32,000 bases of DNA, from contig NC_007493.2 of the NCBI RefSeq assembly GCF_000012905.2, positions 2,520,001-2,552,000 of the forward strand, written 5' to 3'. Every line of letters begins with the position of its first letter. Position 1 is the stretch's first letter. This DNA is from Cereibacter sphaeroides 2.4.1 (GTDB lineage: Bacteria; Pseudomonadota; Alphaproteobacteria; Rhodobacterales; Rhodobacteraceae). Below the pieces are notes generated by a model, which saw only the letters and a program-made list of their open reading frames with translations, searched no databases and had not been told where the DNA came from. Below, in pieces: positions 16,002 through 24,579 of the stretch. The translations under genes were made by a program, and so were the position numbers.

Positions 16002-16900
16002 GCGACGAACTCCATTCCGGGGGCGGGAACACACCAACCGGCACGCTCGGCCTCGGCGCGCTCCGGCGAACCGGGCATCAGGACCGGGTTCGAATTGTTG
16101 ATGTGGACGAAGACCTTGCGCGAAATGCCCAGAGGATCGAGCGCGGCCATCGCGCCCGCGGGCCCGCTCATCGAGATATGGCCCATGCGCCGCCCGGTCT
16201 TCTGCGACAGGCCCGCGCGGATCATCTCGTCATCCTGCCAGAGCGTGCCGTCGAAGAAGACGAGATCCGCCCCGGCGAGCCGGTCCGCCAGCGCGGGCGT
16301 GACCTCGGCGCAGCCGGGCAGGATGAAGGCGCGGCGGCCGCCGGCAGACAGCTCGAGCCCGATGCTGTCGCCTTCCGCCGCCCCCTCCTCCTCGCGCCAG
16401 AGCGCGGGCTTGCCGGGCACAGCGAAGCTCCGCACCGTGAGGCCGGAGGCGCGTCCGCAGGCCAGCACGGGCTCGAAGGGCGTCTCGGGCCGCATCGGGC
16501 GGCGCGGCACGATCTCGGGGCGCAGGACGCCGAAGATCGGGTTCGCGGCCAGCACCTCCAGCACGTCCGGATGGGCATGGATGGCGAAGGGCCAGCCCTC
16601 GCGCAGGGTCAGCAGCCCTGCCACCGCATCGACCTCGGCATTGGTGAGGATCACGCCCGCGATGGGCGAATGGCGCAGCCCATGGCGCGGATGCAGGGCC
16701 GGAGTGTCGAGGATCTGCTGGCGCAGATCGGGCGAGGCATTGACGAGAAACCAGCTCTCGCCGTCCGCGCTGGCCGCGAGCGCGCACTGGCCGTTGCGGA
16801 GCGCAGGCTCCGCGCGCGCGGCGCGGCAGCCCGCGCAGTTGCAGTTCCATTGCGGCAGGCCGCCGCCTGCTGCGGAGCCGAGGACGATGATCCGAAGCAT
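15998..16900 (-). CDS. pqqB: PqqB (metallo-beta-lactamase-fold PQQ biosynthesis protein)
   Basis: MLRIIVLGSAAGGGLPQWNCNCAGC... is the canonical PqqB N-terminus. I chose ATG 16900 (GGAG 9 nt upstream) over the track GTG at 16915. Confidence 0.9.
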   Translation of the reverse strand: MLRIIVLGSAAGGGLPQWNCNCAGCRAARAEPALRNGQCALAASADGESWFLVNASPDLRQQILDTPALHPRHGLRHSPIAGVILTNAEVDAVAGLLTLREGWPFAIHAHPDVLEVLAANPIFGVLRPEIVPRRPMRPETPFEPVLACGRASGLTVRSFAVPGKPALWREEEGAAEGDSIGLELSAGGRRAFILPGCAEVTPALADRLAGADLVFFDGTLWQDDEMIRAGLSQKTGRRMGHISMSGPAGAMAALDPLGISRKVFVHINNSNPVLMPGSPERAEAERAGWCVPAPGMEFVA

Positions 16901-16918
16901 CGCAGCAGGCTCCACTCG

Positions 16919-16999
16919 TTACTTGCGCTTGGCGCAGGAATACATGTTGATTTCCATCCCCACCGGGGTCTCGTCGTAACGCGGGGTCTTCCAGGCCAT
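16919..16999 (-). CDS. pqqA: PqqA, PQQ precursor peptide (26 aa)
   Basis: These are the last 27 codons of the 688-aa shadow ORF 16919..18985: MAWKTPRYDETPVGMEINMYSCAKRK. It has the conserved Glu-x3-Tyr (E16...Y20) crosslinked pair. A very strong RBS GGAGGAGGAG precedes the ATG. It lies immediately upstream of pqqB. Confidence 0.9.
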   Translation of the reverse strand: MAWKTPRYDETPVGMEINMYSCAKRK

Positions 17000-17086
17000 G
17001 GGATCTCCTCCTCCGTGATGGCGCCGCTCCGGGGCGGCTCCTTCGACTATCGGGGCTGCGTCAAATGGTCGCCAGCTATGGAGAGG

Positions 17087-17101
17087 ATAGGCGCCGCCTA
17101 T
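17087..17101. promoter_or_regulatory. Candidate LysR-type (T-N11-A) operator in the pqqA upstream region
   Basis: Perfect inverted repeat ATAGG-CGCCG-CCTAT that fits T-N11-A, 88-102 nt upstream of the pqqA ATG and downstream of the LysR gene stop. Confidence 0.35.
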
Positions 17102-17229
17102 TGCGGCAGCGCAGCGGAAACCATGCTGCGGCAACAGCTTATCCGCCCCCCCCGGACTGGCGCCGAGGGCGGATGGCGGGGCTGGCGGCACAGGAGCGCA
17201 GGCCCCTGCGAGGCAGAGGCAGGGTCGCG

Positions 17230-18237
17230 TCAGGGCCGGGAGAGCAGGGCCGGCAGCGGCTCGATCGGGGGCAGCCGCATGGCGCTGCCTGCCGCCTGCA
17301 GCGCCGCGACGACGGCCGCGTGCCGGCCGGTCCGGTGCTGCGCAGGCTGGATCAGCGCCACGATCCGGCGCGGCTCGAGCCCCGCATGATAGAGCCGCAC
17401 GCCCGGCGACGGCCCCACCGACAGCGCCGGCACGATGCAGATGCCGAGCCCCGCGCGCACCATCGAGAGCGCGGTCTCGAAGCTCCTGACCCGCGCCGTC
17501 ATCCGGTTCTGCGGCAGCATGTCCGAGAACCAGCTCTCGATCCGGCGGCTGTGCTGGGTGCCGAAGGCGATCTGGATCGAGGCGCCGAGGATCGCCTGCG
17601 CCTCGGGGGCCAGATCCTCGATCCGCGCCACACAGCCGAGGTCGAGCGACTCGGGCACCGCGAGCACGGTCGGATCGGCCATGATCGGGATCTGGAGAAA
17701 GCCGGTGCTCGCCTCCGAGATCGAGTTGGCGGCGAGAAGCCCGATGTCCGCCTGCCGCGAATAGAGCATCTCGAGCACATCCGCGGGCGCGCCTTCCAGC
17801 AGGTCGCATTCGGCGGTGCCGTCGAGATCCATGTGCCGCAGCGCCTCGGGCAGGATCGTCCGCAGGAGCGATTCGACCCCTGCGAGGCGCAGCGGATGGC
17901 GCTGGCCGCTGCCATAGGCGGCGAGCGTGTCCTCCAGATCCTGCATCCCGCGCAGCACGGGCTCGGCCTTGCGCAGCATCAGGACGCCCGCCTCGGTCAG
18001 GATCATCCGGTTCGACCGGCGCACGAAGAGCGGATAGCCGAGGCTCTGCTCGAGCCCGATGATCTGCTGCGACAGCGAGGGCTGCGTGATGCCCAGAAGC
18101 TTCGCGGCCCCGGTCAGCGACTGCGACTGCGCCACGGCCCAGAAGGCCTTCAGCTTGCGGAAGGTCAGTTCCGGCCCCGCCTGCACCCCGACCCGGAGAT
18201 CGGAGGGGGCAGGCTCCTCGCGCACGGCCTTCTGCAT
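17230..18237 (-). CDS. LysR-family transcriptional regulator
   Basis: Real part of track ORF 17230..18456. The start ATG (complement of 18235-18237) follows GGGAGGGAGGA. HTH: FRKLKAFWAVAQSQSLTGAAKLLGITQPSLSQQIIGLEQSLGYPLFVR, followed by a periplasmic-binding-fold co-inducer domain. About 25 residues precede the HTH, which is unusual, so an internal GTG start is possible. Confidence 0.85.
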   Translation of the reverse strand: MQKAVREEPAPSDLRVGVQAGPELTFRKLKAFWAVAQSQSLTGAAKLLGITQPSLSQQIIGLEQSLGYPLFVRRSNRMILTEAGVLMLRKAEPVLRGMQDLEDTLAAYGSGQRHPLRLAGVESLLRTILPEALRHMDLDGTAECDLLEGAPADVLEMLYSRQADIGLLAANSISEASTGFLQIPIMADPTVLAVPESLDLGCVARIEDLAPEAQAILGASIQIAFGTQHSRRIESWFSDMLPQNRMTARVRSFETALSMVRAGLGICIVPALSVGPSPGVRLYHAGLEPRRIVALIQPAQHRTGRHAAVVAALQAAGSAMRLPPIEPLPALLSRP

Positions 18238-18531
18238 GTCCGGTCCTCCCTCCCGTCGGGCCAGAGTGGCAGCGGCGGGCCCCGGCGTCTGCCCCGACGA
18301 AGGGTGGAGGCCGCTCCCCGGAACTCTTCGGCGGCCGGCAGGGCACAGGCTCCTGACAGCAGGGCCTCCGAACTGCGCCTGCCGCGTCCGGGCCGCGCGG
18401 CATGCGGACATCGACCGCGCCTCTCCTGTGCCGTGTCCGGGCCTCCCGGCATCCACGTCGGCTTGCCCGGTCCGCAGGCGAGGCCTCGGGAGCGTGCGGT
18501 TCCTCGGCCGCCGGAGGAGATGCCCTCGCGG

Positions 18532-18951
18532 TCAGCTGTCGAGGCGGCGGCGATGCTCCGCCTCCTGCGCCGCCACGTCGGGGGGCAGCGCGTCGCCGAA
18601 ATCCTCCATCTCGTAGAGAGGCCGGATCTCGATGTCTGAGGGGCCGGGCATCGGATTGGGGCAGCGCTTCACCCAGTCGATCGCCTCCTCGAGATCGCGC
18701 ACCTCCCAGAGCCAGAAGCCCGCGACCAGCTCCTCGGCCGGGCCGAAGGGGCCGGGTGTGACGCTGCGGGACTTGCCGTCGAATCGCACGCGCGCCCCGT
18801 GGGCCGAGGGCTTCAGCCCGTCGCCCGCCTTCAGGATGCCGGCGGCCATCAGCTCTTCGTTGAAGCGGCCCATGGCCTCGAACATCTCGGGTTCGGGCAT
18901 CAGGCCCGCCTCGCTGTCTCCGGTTGCCTTCACCATGACGATGACGCGCAT
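18532..18951 (-). CDS. YciI-like (YCII/DGPF domain) protein
   Basis: 139 aa from ATG (complement of 18949-18951) after GGGGAGGAGAGG. MRVIVMVKATGDSEAG...NEELMAAGILKAGDGLKPS...PGPFGPAEELVAGFWLWEVRDLEEAIDW matches the YCII-related domain pattern. Confidence 0.75.
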   Translation of the reverse strand: MRVIVMVKATGDSEAGLMPEPEMFEAMGRFNEELMAAGILKAGDGLKPSAHGARVRFDGKSRSVTPGPFGPAEELVAGFWLWEVRDLEEAIDWVKRCPNPMPGPSDIEIRPLYEMEDFGDALPPDVAAQEAEHRRRLDS

Positions 18952-19097
18952 GGCCCTCTCCTCCCCTGCTGCACGGAAACAGCATCGGGGCACGGCGGCC
19001 TCTGGCCTAGCCTTTTCTCGCGGCGCATCCGATCTTGGCAAATCGCGGCCGACCGGCGAGAACCGGGGGGGCAAGAGGATGCCCGAAGGAGACGCCC

Positions 19098-20543
19098 ATG
19101 CCCGCCGTGATGATCCAGGGAACGGGCTCGGACGTGGGCAAGTCGCTGCTGGTGGCCGGGCTCTGCCGGGCCGCGCGGCGCCGGGGCCTGTCGGTCGCGC
19201 CCTTCAAGCCGCAGAACATGTCGAACAACGCGGCCGTCACCGCCGACGGCGGCGAGATCGGGCGGGCGCAGGCCCTGCAGGCGCGCGCCTCCGGGCTCGA
19301 GCCGCTGACCGACATGAATCCGGTGCTGCTGAAGCCCGAGAGCGATCACGGCTCGCAGGTGATCGTGCAGGGCCGCCGCGTCGGCACGCTGCGCGCCCGC
19401 GACTGGTTCGAGCGCAAGCCCGCGCTGATGGCGCCCGTGCTCGAGAGCTTCGCGCGGCTGACGGCGGCGCACGATCTGGTGATCGTCGAGGGGGCGGGCA
19501 GCCCGGCCGAGGTGAACCTGCGCCGGGGCGACATCGCCAACATGGGCTTCGCGCGCACGGCCGGGGTGCCCGTGGTGCTCGCGGGCGACATCGACCGCGG
19601 CGGCGTGATCGCCCAGCTTGTCGGCACGCAGGCGGTGATCGATCCCGAGGATGCCGCCATGATCGCGGGCTTCCTCGTGAACAAGTTCCGCGGCGACGTG
19701 CGGCTCTTCGATGAGGGCTACCGGCTGATCGAGGCCCGCACCGGCTGGCGCGGCTATGGCGTGGTGCCCTTCTTCCCCGAGGCGGCTCTCCTGCCTGCCG
19801 AGGATGCGCTGGATCTGGGGCGCCCCACCGGGCAGGGCGCGCTGACGGTCGCATGGCTCGCCTTCTCGCGCGTGGCCAATTTCGACGATCTCGACCCGCT
19901 GAAGCAGGAGCCGGGGCTGACCGTGCGGATGGTGCGCCCGGGCCAGCCCATCCCGGCCGAGGCCGATCTCGTGATCCTGCCGGGCACGAAATCGACGCGG
20001 GGCGATCTGGCCTTCCTGCGGGCGCAGGGGTGGGACGTGGATCTGCGCGCGCACCATCGCCGCGGCGGGCGGGTGCTGGGGATCTGCGGCGGCTACCAGA
20101 TGCTCGGGCGGAGCGTGGCCGACCCCGAGGGTCTGGAGGGCGCGCCGGGCGTGACCGAGGGGCTGGGGCTTCTCGACGTCGAGACGGTGATGCATCCCGA
20201 CAAGCGGCTCACCCGCGTGGCGGGGCGGCACCGGGCCAGCGGGGCCGAGCTCACCGGCTACGAGATCCATATCGGCGCGACCGAGGGCCCCGACTGCGCC
20301 CGCCCCTTCGCCGAGATCGAGGGCCGCCCGGAAGGGGCCACCTCGGCCGACGGACGGGTGGTCGGCAGCTACCTCCATGGCATGTTCGGCGCCGATGGCT
20401 TCCGGCGCGCCTTCCTCGAGAGCCTCGGGGCCGCGACCTCGGATCTCGCCTACGATGCGCGGGTCGAGACGGTGCTCGACGCGCTCGCGGACCATCTCGA
20501 GACCCATGTCGATGTGGCGGGGCTGCTGGCGCTCGCCCGCTGA
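19098..20543 (+). CDS. cobQ: Cobyric acid synthase
   Basis: ATG 19098 follows AAGGAG. Contains [29 protein letters not shown] and the C-terminal glutamine amidotransferase domain with [12 protein letters not shown]. 481 aa. Confidence 0.95.
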   Translation: MPAVMIQGTGSDVGKSLLVAGLCRAARRRGLSVAPFKPQNMSNNAAVTADGGEIGRAQALQARASGLEPLTDMNPVLLKPESDHGSQVIVQGRRVGTLRARDWFERKPALMAPVLESFARLTAAHDLVIVEGAGSPAEVNLRRGDIANMGFARTAGVPVVLAGDIDRGGVIAQLVGTQAVIDPEDAAMIAGFLVNKFRGDVRLFDEGYRLIEARTGWRGYGVVPFFPEAALLPAEDALDLGRPTGQGALTVAWLAFSRVANFDDLDPLKQEPGLTVRMVRPGQPIPAEADLVILPGTKSTRGDLAFLRAQGWDVDLRAHHRRGGRVLGICGGYQMLGRSVADPEGLEGAPGVTEGLGLLDVETVMHPDKRLTRVAGRHRASGAELTGYEIHIGATEGPDCARPFAEIEGRPEGATSADGRVVGSYLHGMFGADGFRRAFLESLGAATSDLAYDARVETVLDALADHLETHVDVAGLLALAR

Positions 20544-20593
20544 GACGCCGGCGCGCCTCTGGCACGCGGCCGCCGCCGCCCTATATCTGGCGC

Positions 20594-20977
20594 ATGACCC
20601 GGATCGTAGCCACCCTCGCCCTCTGCCTCTTCCTCACGCCCGCTCAGGCGGAGGACGCGCCGGCGCCCGACAAGGACGGGGATGTGGGCGAAGGGTTCAG
20701 CCTGCTGAACGAGGGGGCGAAGCTGCTTTTCCGCGGGCTGATGGACGAGATGGAGCCCGCCATGCGCGACATGGGCGAGGCGATGGGCGATCTGCAGCCC
20801 GCGCTGCGCGACCTGCTGGCAAAGGTGGACGATCTGCGCAACTACGAGGCGCCCGAGCGGCTGCCGAACGGCGACATCCTGATCCGCCGCAAAGCCGATG
20901 CGCCACCCCTGCCCGAGGAGACGCCCGCGCCGAAGCCCGACGCGCCCTCCGCGGACGCGCCCGGCATCGAGCTCTGA
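20594..20977 (+). CDS. Small secreted protein of unknown function (Sec signal peptide, acidic, Pro-rich tail)
   Basis: MTRIVATLALCLFLTPAQA|EDAPAP has an AxA cleavage site. There is strong GC3 codon bias throughout the 127 codons. I recognise no family. Confidence 0.6.
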   Translation: MTRIVATLALCLFLTPAQAEDAPAPDKDGDVGEGFSLLNEGAKLLFRGLMDEMEPAMRDMGEAMGDLQPALRDLLAKVDDLRNYEAPERLPNGDILIRRKADAPPLPEETPAPKPDAPSADAPGIEL

Positions 20978-22303
20978 TCAGCCCTTCGCGCGCACCTTCT
21001 GCAGAAGCGGCATGACCTCGGACATGTCCGGCCCGTGGGCCTGCCCGGTCAGCGCCTTCCGCAGCGGCATGAAGAGACCCTTGCCCTTGCGGCCCGTGGC
21101 TTCCTTCACCGCGGCAGTGAACTGCGCCCAGCTCTCGGGCCCGTAGGGCGGCGGAGGCAGAAGGGTCATGGCCTGACGGATGAAATCCTCATCCTCGGGG
21201 TCGATCTGCGGCTCGGCCCCTTCCGAGAAGAGCGTCCACCAGCCGCCCAGATCCTCCAGCACGCCGATATTGTCCTTGGCCACCCGCCAGAAGGGTTCGG
21301 CCAGATCGTCCGGCACGCCCAGCGCGGCGATGCGGCCGCGGACGGCCTCGAACGGCAGGCCCTGCACATAGTGGCGGGTCAGCGGGAACAGGTCTTCGGC
21401 ATCGAACTTGGTCGGCGCCGCGCCGAAGGTGCCCACGTCGAAGCCCGCCAGAAGCTCCTCATGCGTGCGGAAAAGCTCGACCGGCTGCGACGAGCCGAGA
21501 CGCGCCATCAGCGACAGGAGCGCCATCGGCTCCACCCCCCGCGCGCGCAGGTCGCGTAGGCTGAGCGTGCCCAGCCGCTTCGAGAGCGCCTCGCCCTGCG
21601 CCCCGGTCAGCAGCGAATGGTGCGCGAAGGAGGGCGGCGTGCCGCCCAGCGCCTGCATGATCTGGATCTGCGTGGCCGTGTTCGTCACATGGTCGCCGCC
21701 GCGGACGATGAAGGTCACGCCCATGTCGATGTCATCGACCGAGGAGGCGAAGGTATAGAGCACCTGCCCGTCGGCCCGGATCAGCACCGGATCCGACACC
21801 GAGGCCGCATCGATCGAGATCGGGCCGAGGATGCCGTCCGTCCATTCGATCCGCTCCTGATCGAGCAGGAAGCGCCAGTAGCCGCCGCGCTCCTCGCGCA
21901 GACGCGCACGCTCCTCGTCCGAGAGCTTCAGCGCGGCGCGGTCGTAGACCGGCGGCTTGCCCATGTTGAGCAGCTTCTTGCGCTTGAGGTCAAGCTCGGT
22001 CGGGCTCTCGAAACATTCGTAGAAGCGGCCCGCCCGGCGCAGCTCGTCGGCGGCCTCCGCGTAACGGTCCAGCCGGTCGGACTGCCGCTCGAGCCGGTCC
22101 CAGGTCAGGCCCAGCCACTCGAGATCCTCCATGATCCCGTCGGAATATTCCTGCTTCGACCGCTCGCGGTCGGTATCGTCCAGACGCAGGATGAAGGTGC
22201 CGCCGGACTTGCGGGCGATGGCCCAGTTCATCAGCGCGGTGCGGAGATTGCCCACATGGATGTAGCCAGTGGGCGACGGAGCGAAACGGGTAACGGTGGT
22301 CAT
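20978..22303 (-). CDS. gltX: Glutamyl-tRNA synthetase (441 aa)
   Basis: Real part of track ORF 20978..22558. The start ATG (complement of 22301-22303) follows AGGAGA. MTTVTRFAPSPTGYIHVGNLRTAL carries the HIGH-type motif, and ..GEALSKRLG.. is KMSKS-like. Confidence 0.95.
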   Translation of the reverse strand: MTTVTRFAPSPTGYIHVGNLRTALMNWAIARKSGGTFILRLDDTDRERSKQEYSDGIMEDLEWLGLTWDRLERQSDRLDRYAEAADELRRAGRFYECFESPTELDLKRKKLLNMGKPPVYDRAALKLSDEERARLREERGGYWRFLLDQERIEWTDGILGPISIDAASVSDPVLIRADGQVLYTFASSVDDIDMGVTFIVRGGDHVTNTATQIQIMQALGGTPPSFAHHSLLTGAQGEALSKRLGTLSLRDLRARGVEPMALLSLMARLGSSQPVELFRTHEELLAGFDVGTFGAAPTKFDAEDLFPLTRHYVQGLPFEAVRGRIAALGVPDDLAEPFWRVAKDNIGVLEDLGGWWTLFSEGAEPQIDPEDEDFIRQAMTLLPPPPYGPESWAQFTAAVKEATGRKGKGLFMPLRKALTGQAHGPDMSEVMPLLQKVRAKG

Positions 22304-22615
22304 CGGCGGCTCTCCTGATCCCGCTCCTGTTTCACAAGGCGGCGCGATTGTCCAGTTCGGGCCATCGACCGCAGGCGGCAAGGCAGCCTTGCCCGCCGCG
22401 GGCAGCTCGTGCGGAGGCACCTTGCCAAGCGCGGCGCACCAGTGCGCCGGCGCTCCGGCCGGCGCGGCGCGGAAGCTCATCCCGGCATCGGCGCCGCCCG
22501 CCCGCGAGGAGGCGGACGACGAGCCGTTCCTCCCCTGAGCCTCGCCGCAACGCTCCACCCGACCCGCCCCGAGAGCACGCTTCCCCGGCCGCTCCGCCCA
22601 GCCTATGGTTCAGGC

Positions 22616-23026
22616 ATGACACACGATCTTGCCCAGGCTACCGCTCCCGACCTCGACCTCATCGAACGGCTCGCCTGCGAGGCGGTCGAGGCCCTGCCCG
22701 CCGCCTACCGCGCACCGGCCGCCGCGGTCCTCCTGCGCGTGGCCGACCTGCCGCCCGACGACATCCTCGACGAGATGGAGATCGACGATCCCTACGAGCT
22801 GACCGGCCTCTACGAGGGCGTGCCTCTCCCCGAAAAATCGGTGATGGACCAGCCCGTGCAGCCCGACGCGATCTGGCTCTTCCGGCGGCCGATCCTCGAC
22901 GAATGGGTGGCGCGGGGCGATGTCACGCTGCGCGAGCTGGTGACGCATGTGATGATCCACGAACTCGCCCACCATTTCGGCTGGTCCGACGAGGATATCG
23001 CCTCCATCGATCCGTGGTGGGAATAG
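22616..23026 (+). CDS. Small zinc metallopeptidase-like protein (HExxH; DUF1025-like metallopeptidase family)
   Basis: 136 aa with VMIHELAHHFGWSDEDI near the C-terminus, the layout typical of this small metallopeptidase-family protein. Confidence 0.7.
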   Translation: MTHDLAQATAPDLDLIERLACEAVEALPAAYRAPAAAVLLRVADLPPDDILDEMEIDDPYELTGLYEGVPLPEKSVMDQPVQPDAIWLFRRPILDEWVARGDVTLRELVTHVMIHELAHHFGWSDEDIASIDPWWE

Positions 23027-23119
23027 GGCCCCTCCCGATCACCTTTGCGTCAGAAGCGCTGTCAGCGGCCTGCGCGCCTCTATGATGAGCCATCACCGAG
23101 ACAAACCCGGAGGATGCCG

Positions 23120-24043
23120 ATGACCATGACGCGCCGAAACGCCCTTCTGGCCGGAGCCGCCCTGCCGCTCGTCCCTGCCTTCGCCGCCCGCCCCGTCCTT
23201 GCCGCGGCCGAAAAGCAGGGCGCGGCCACGCCGCCGTTCCGCCGCTACGCTCTCGGCAGCTTCGAGGTCACGCCGCTTCTCGCCGGCACCCGCGTGCAGG
23301 AGGGCCCGAAGGAGATCTTCGCGGCCAATGTCCCGCAGGAGGAATTCGAGGCCGCCGCCCGCGCGGCCTTCCTGCCGACCGACCGGGCGCAGGGCTTCTT
23401 CACCCCCACCCTCGTCAACACCGGCTCCGAGCTGATCCTCTTCGACACGGGCCTTGCGCCCGAGGGCATCGTGGCCGCGCTCGAGGCCGCGGGCCATGCG
23501 CCCGACGCGGTGGATGTCGTGGTCATCACCCACATGCATGGCGACCATATCGGCGGGCTGATGGAGGGCGACACGCCCACCTTCGCCAAGGCGCGCTACG
23601 TCACGGGCCAGGTGGAAAACGACCATTGGTCGGCGCAGGGCAACGAAGGCTACGAGAGCAAGGTGCGCCCGCTCCTCGACAGGATGACCTTCGTGGCGGG
23701 CGGCGACGAGGTGGCTCCGGGCATCACGGCGGTCGAGGCCTTCGGCCACACGCCCGGCCACATGGCCTGGCGGCTCGAGAGCGAGGGGCAGGCGCTGATG
23801 CTGACGGCCGATGCGGCGAACCATTACGCCTTCTCGCTCGGCCATCCCGACTGGGAGGTGCGCTTCGACATGGACAAGGCCGCGGCCGCCGCTACCCGGC
23901 GCGCCCTCTTCGGCCGGATCGCCGAAGAGCGCATCCCCTTCATCGGCTACCACATGCCCTTCCCGGCCATCGGCTTCGTCGAAACGACCGACGAGGGCTT
24001 CCGCTTCGTGCCCGAGAGCTACCAGCTGATGCTGAACGGCTGA
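23120..24043 (+). CDS. MBL-fold metallo-hydrolase with a twin-arginine signal peptide (lactonase-like)
   Basis: MTMTRRNALLAGAALPLVPAFAARPVLAAA looks like a Tat signal. The HxHxDH motif is present as ITHMHGDHIGG, with a later GHTPGH. ATG 23120 was chosen for its 6-nt spacing from GGAGG; ATGs at 23114 and 23126 are alternatives. Confidence 0.85.
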   Translation: MTMTRRNALLAGAALPLVPAFAARPVLAAAEKQGAATPPFRRYALGSFEVTPLLAGTRVQEGPKEIFAANVPQEEFEAAARAAFLPTDRAQGFFTPTLVNTGSELILFDTGLAPEGIVAALEAAGHAPDAVDVVVITHMHGDHIGGLMEGDTPTFAKARYVTGQVENDHWSAQGNEGYESKVRPLLDRMTFVAGGDEVAPGITAVEAFGHTPGHMAWRLESEGQALMLTADAANHYAFSLGHPDWEVRFDMDKAAAAATRRALFGRIAEERIPFIGYHMPFPAIGFVETTDEGFRFVPESYQLMLNG

Positions 24044-24262
24044 GGGCACGGGGGGGAAGCGCTGCCGCGCACGGCCCTCCGTGCCCCGCGGCATCCCCTT
24101 TCCCCCCGGCACTCGGGGCCATCTCCCCCGCGCAGGCTCCGGCCTGCAGATGGCGCATCGTCAACCGAGAGGCTCGGCTGCAGGCAGCGCCGACGGAGGA
24201 CCCGATCCGCAAGCGGCCATCCACGCCTTCTCCGAAAGCCGCGCCCGGCGGCCGAAGGCTCG

Positions 24263-24520
24263 TCAATCCAGCCGGAAGGTCTTGTCGCGGCTCGTGGCCC
24301 CCCGCACCAGCGTGAGGCGGCTCTTGGCCACGCCCAGCGCCTTGGCCAGCGCCTCGGTCACGGCGCGGTTGGCCTTGCCGTCCTCGGGCACGCAGGTGAC
24401 GTGCACCCGCACCACGCCCTCCTGCAGCTCGACCTTCGCCCGCGCGGCGCGGGGCGTCACCCGCACCGCGAAGGGCACGCCCGGCCGGGCCAGATCGGCC
24501 AATGCGGGTCCCTCGTCCAT
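24263..24520 (-). CDS. DUF167 (YggU-family) protein
   Basis: 85 aa. ..RVTPRAARAKVE...VRVHVTCVPEDGKANRAVTEALAKALGV..SRLTLVRGATSRDKTF matches the YggU/DUF167 pattern. Confidence 0.75.
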   Translation of the reverse strand: MDEGPALADLARPGVPFAVRVTPRAARAKVELQEGVVRVHVTCVPEDGKANRAVTEALAKALGVAKSRLTLVRGATSRDKTFRLD

Positions 24521-24579
24521 CGCTTCCCCCTTGCGCGAGCCTTAGCGCGGACGCAGGCTCGGCGCAAACGGAGGACGGC

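Noticed and set aside
16901-16915. GTG 16915 as the pqqB start (track call)
   Set aside because: It would leave only 3 nt after the pqqA stop and has no SD. ATG 16900 has GGAG at proper spacing and gives the canonical MLRIIVLG N-terminus. The alternative is not excluded.
15273-16979. 568-aa + strand ORF across pqqC/pqqB, and similar + strand ORFs at 13676..14968 and 16103..17389
   Set aside because: They are antisense to the pqq genes, which have definitive motifs, and their translations are low-complexity.
13799-18951. The pqq/LysR/YciI-like block as a recently acquired genomic island
   Set aside because: There is no integrase, transposase, tRNA attachment site or flanking direct repeats, and no visible compositional break. 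It is kept only as a synteny observation.
17000-18985. Upstream 660 codons of the 688-aa ORF 16919..18985 (-)
   Set aside because: Only the last 27 codons (pqqA) are credible. The rest runs through an intergenic region and out of frame over the LysR and YciI-like genes with junk composition.
18952-19097. Possible second cobalamin riboswitch upstream of cobQ
   Set aside because: I looked for a B12 box (AGYCMGGAGACCKGCC-like) and the GCCACTG/GGGAAGG elements and found none. In addition, 146 nt is short for an aptamer plus expression platform.
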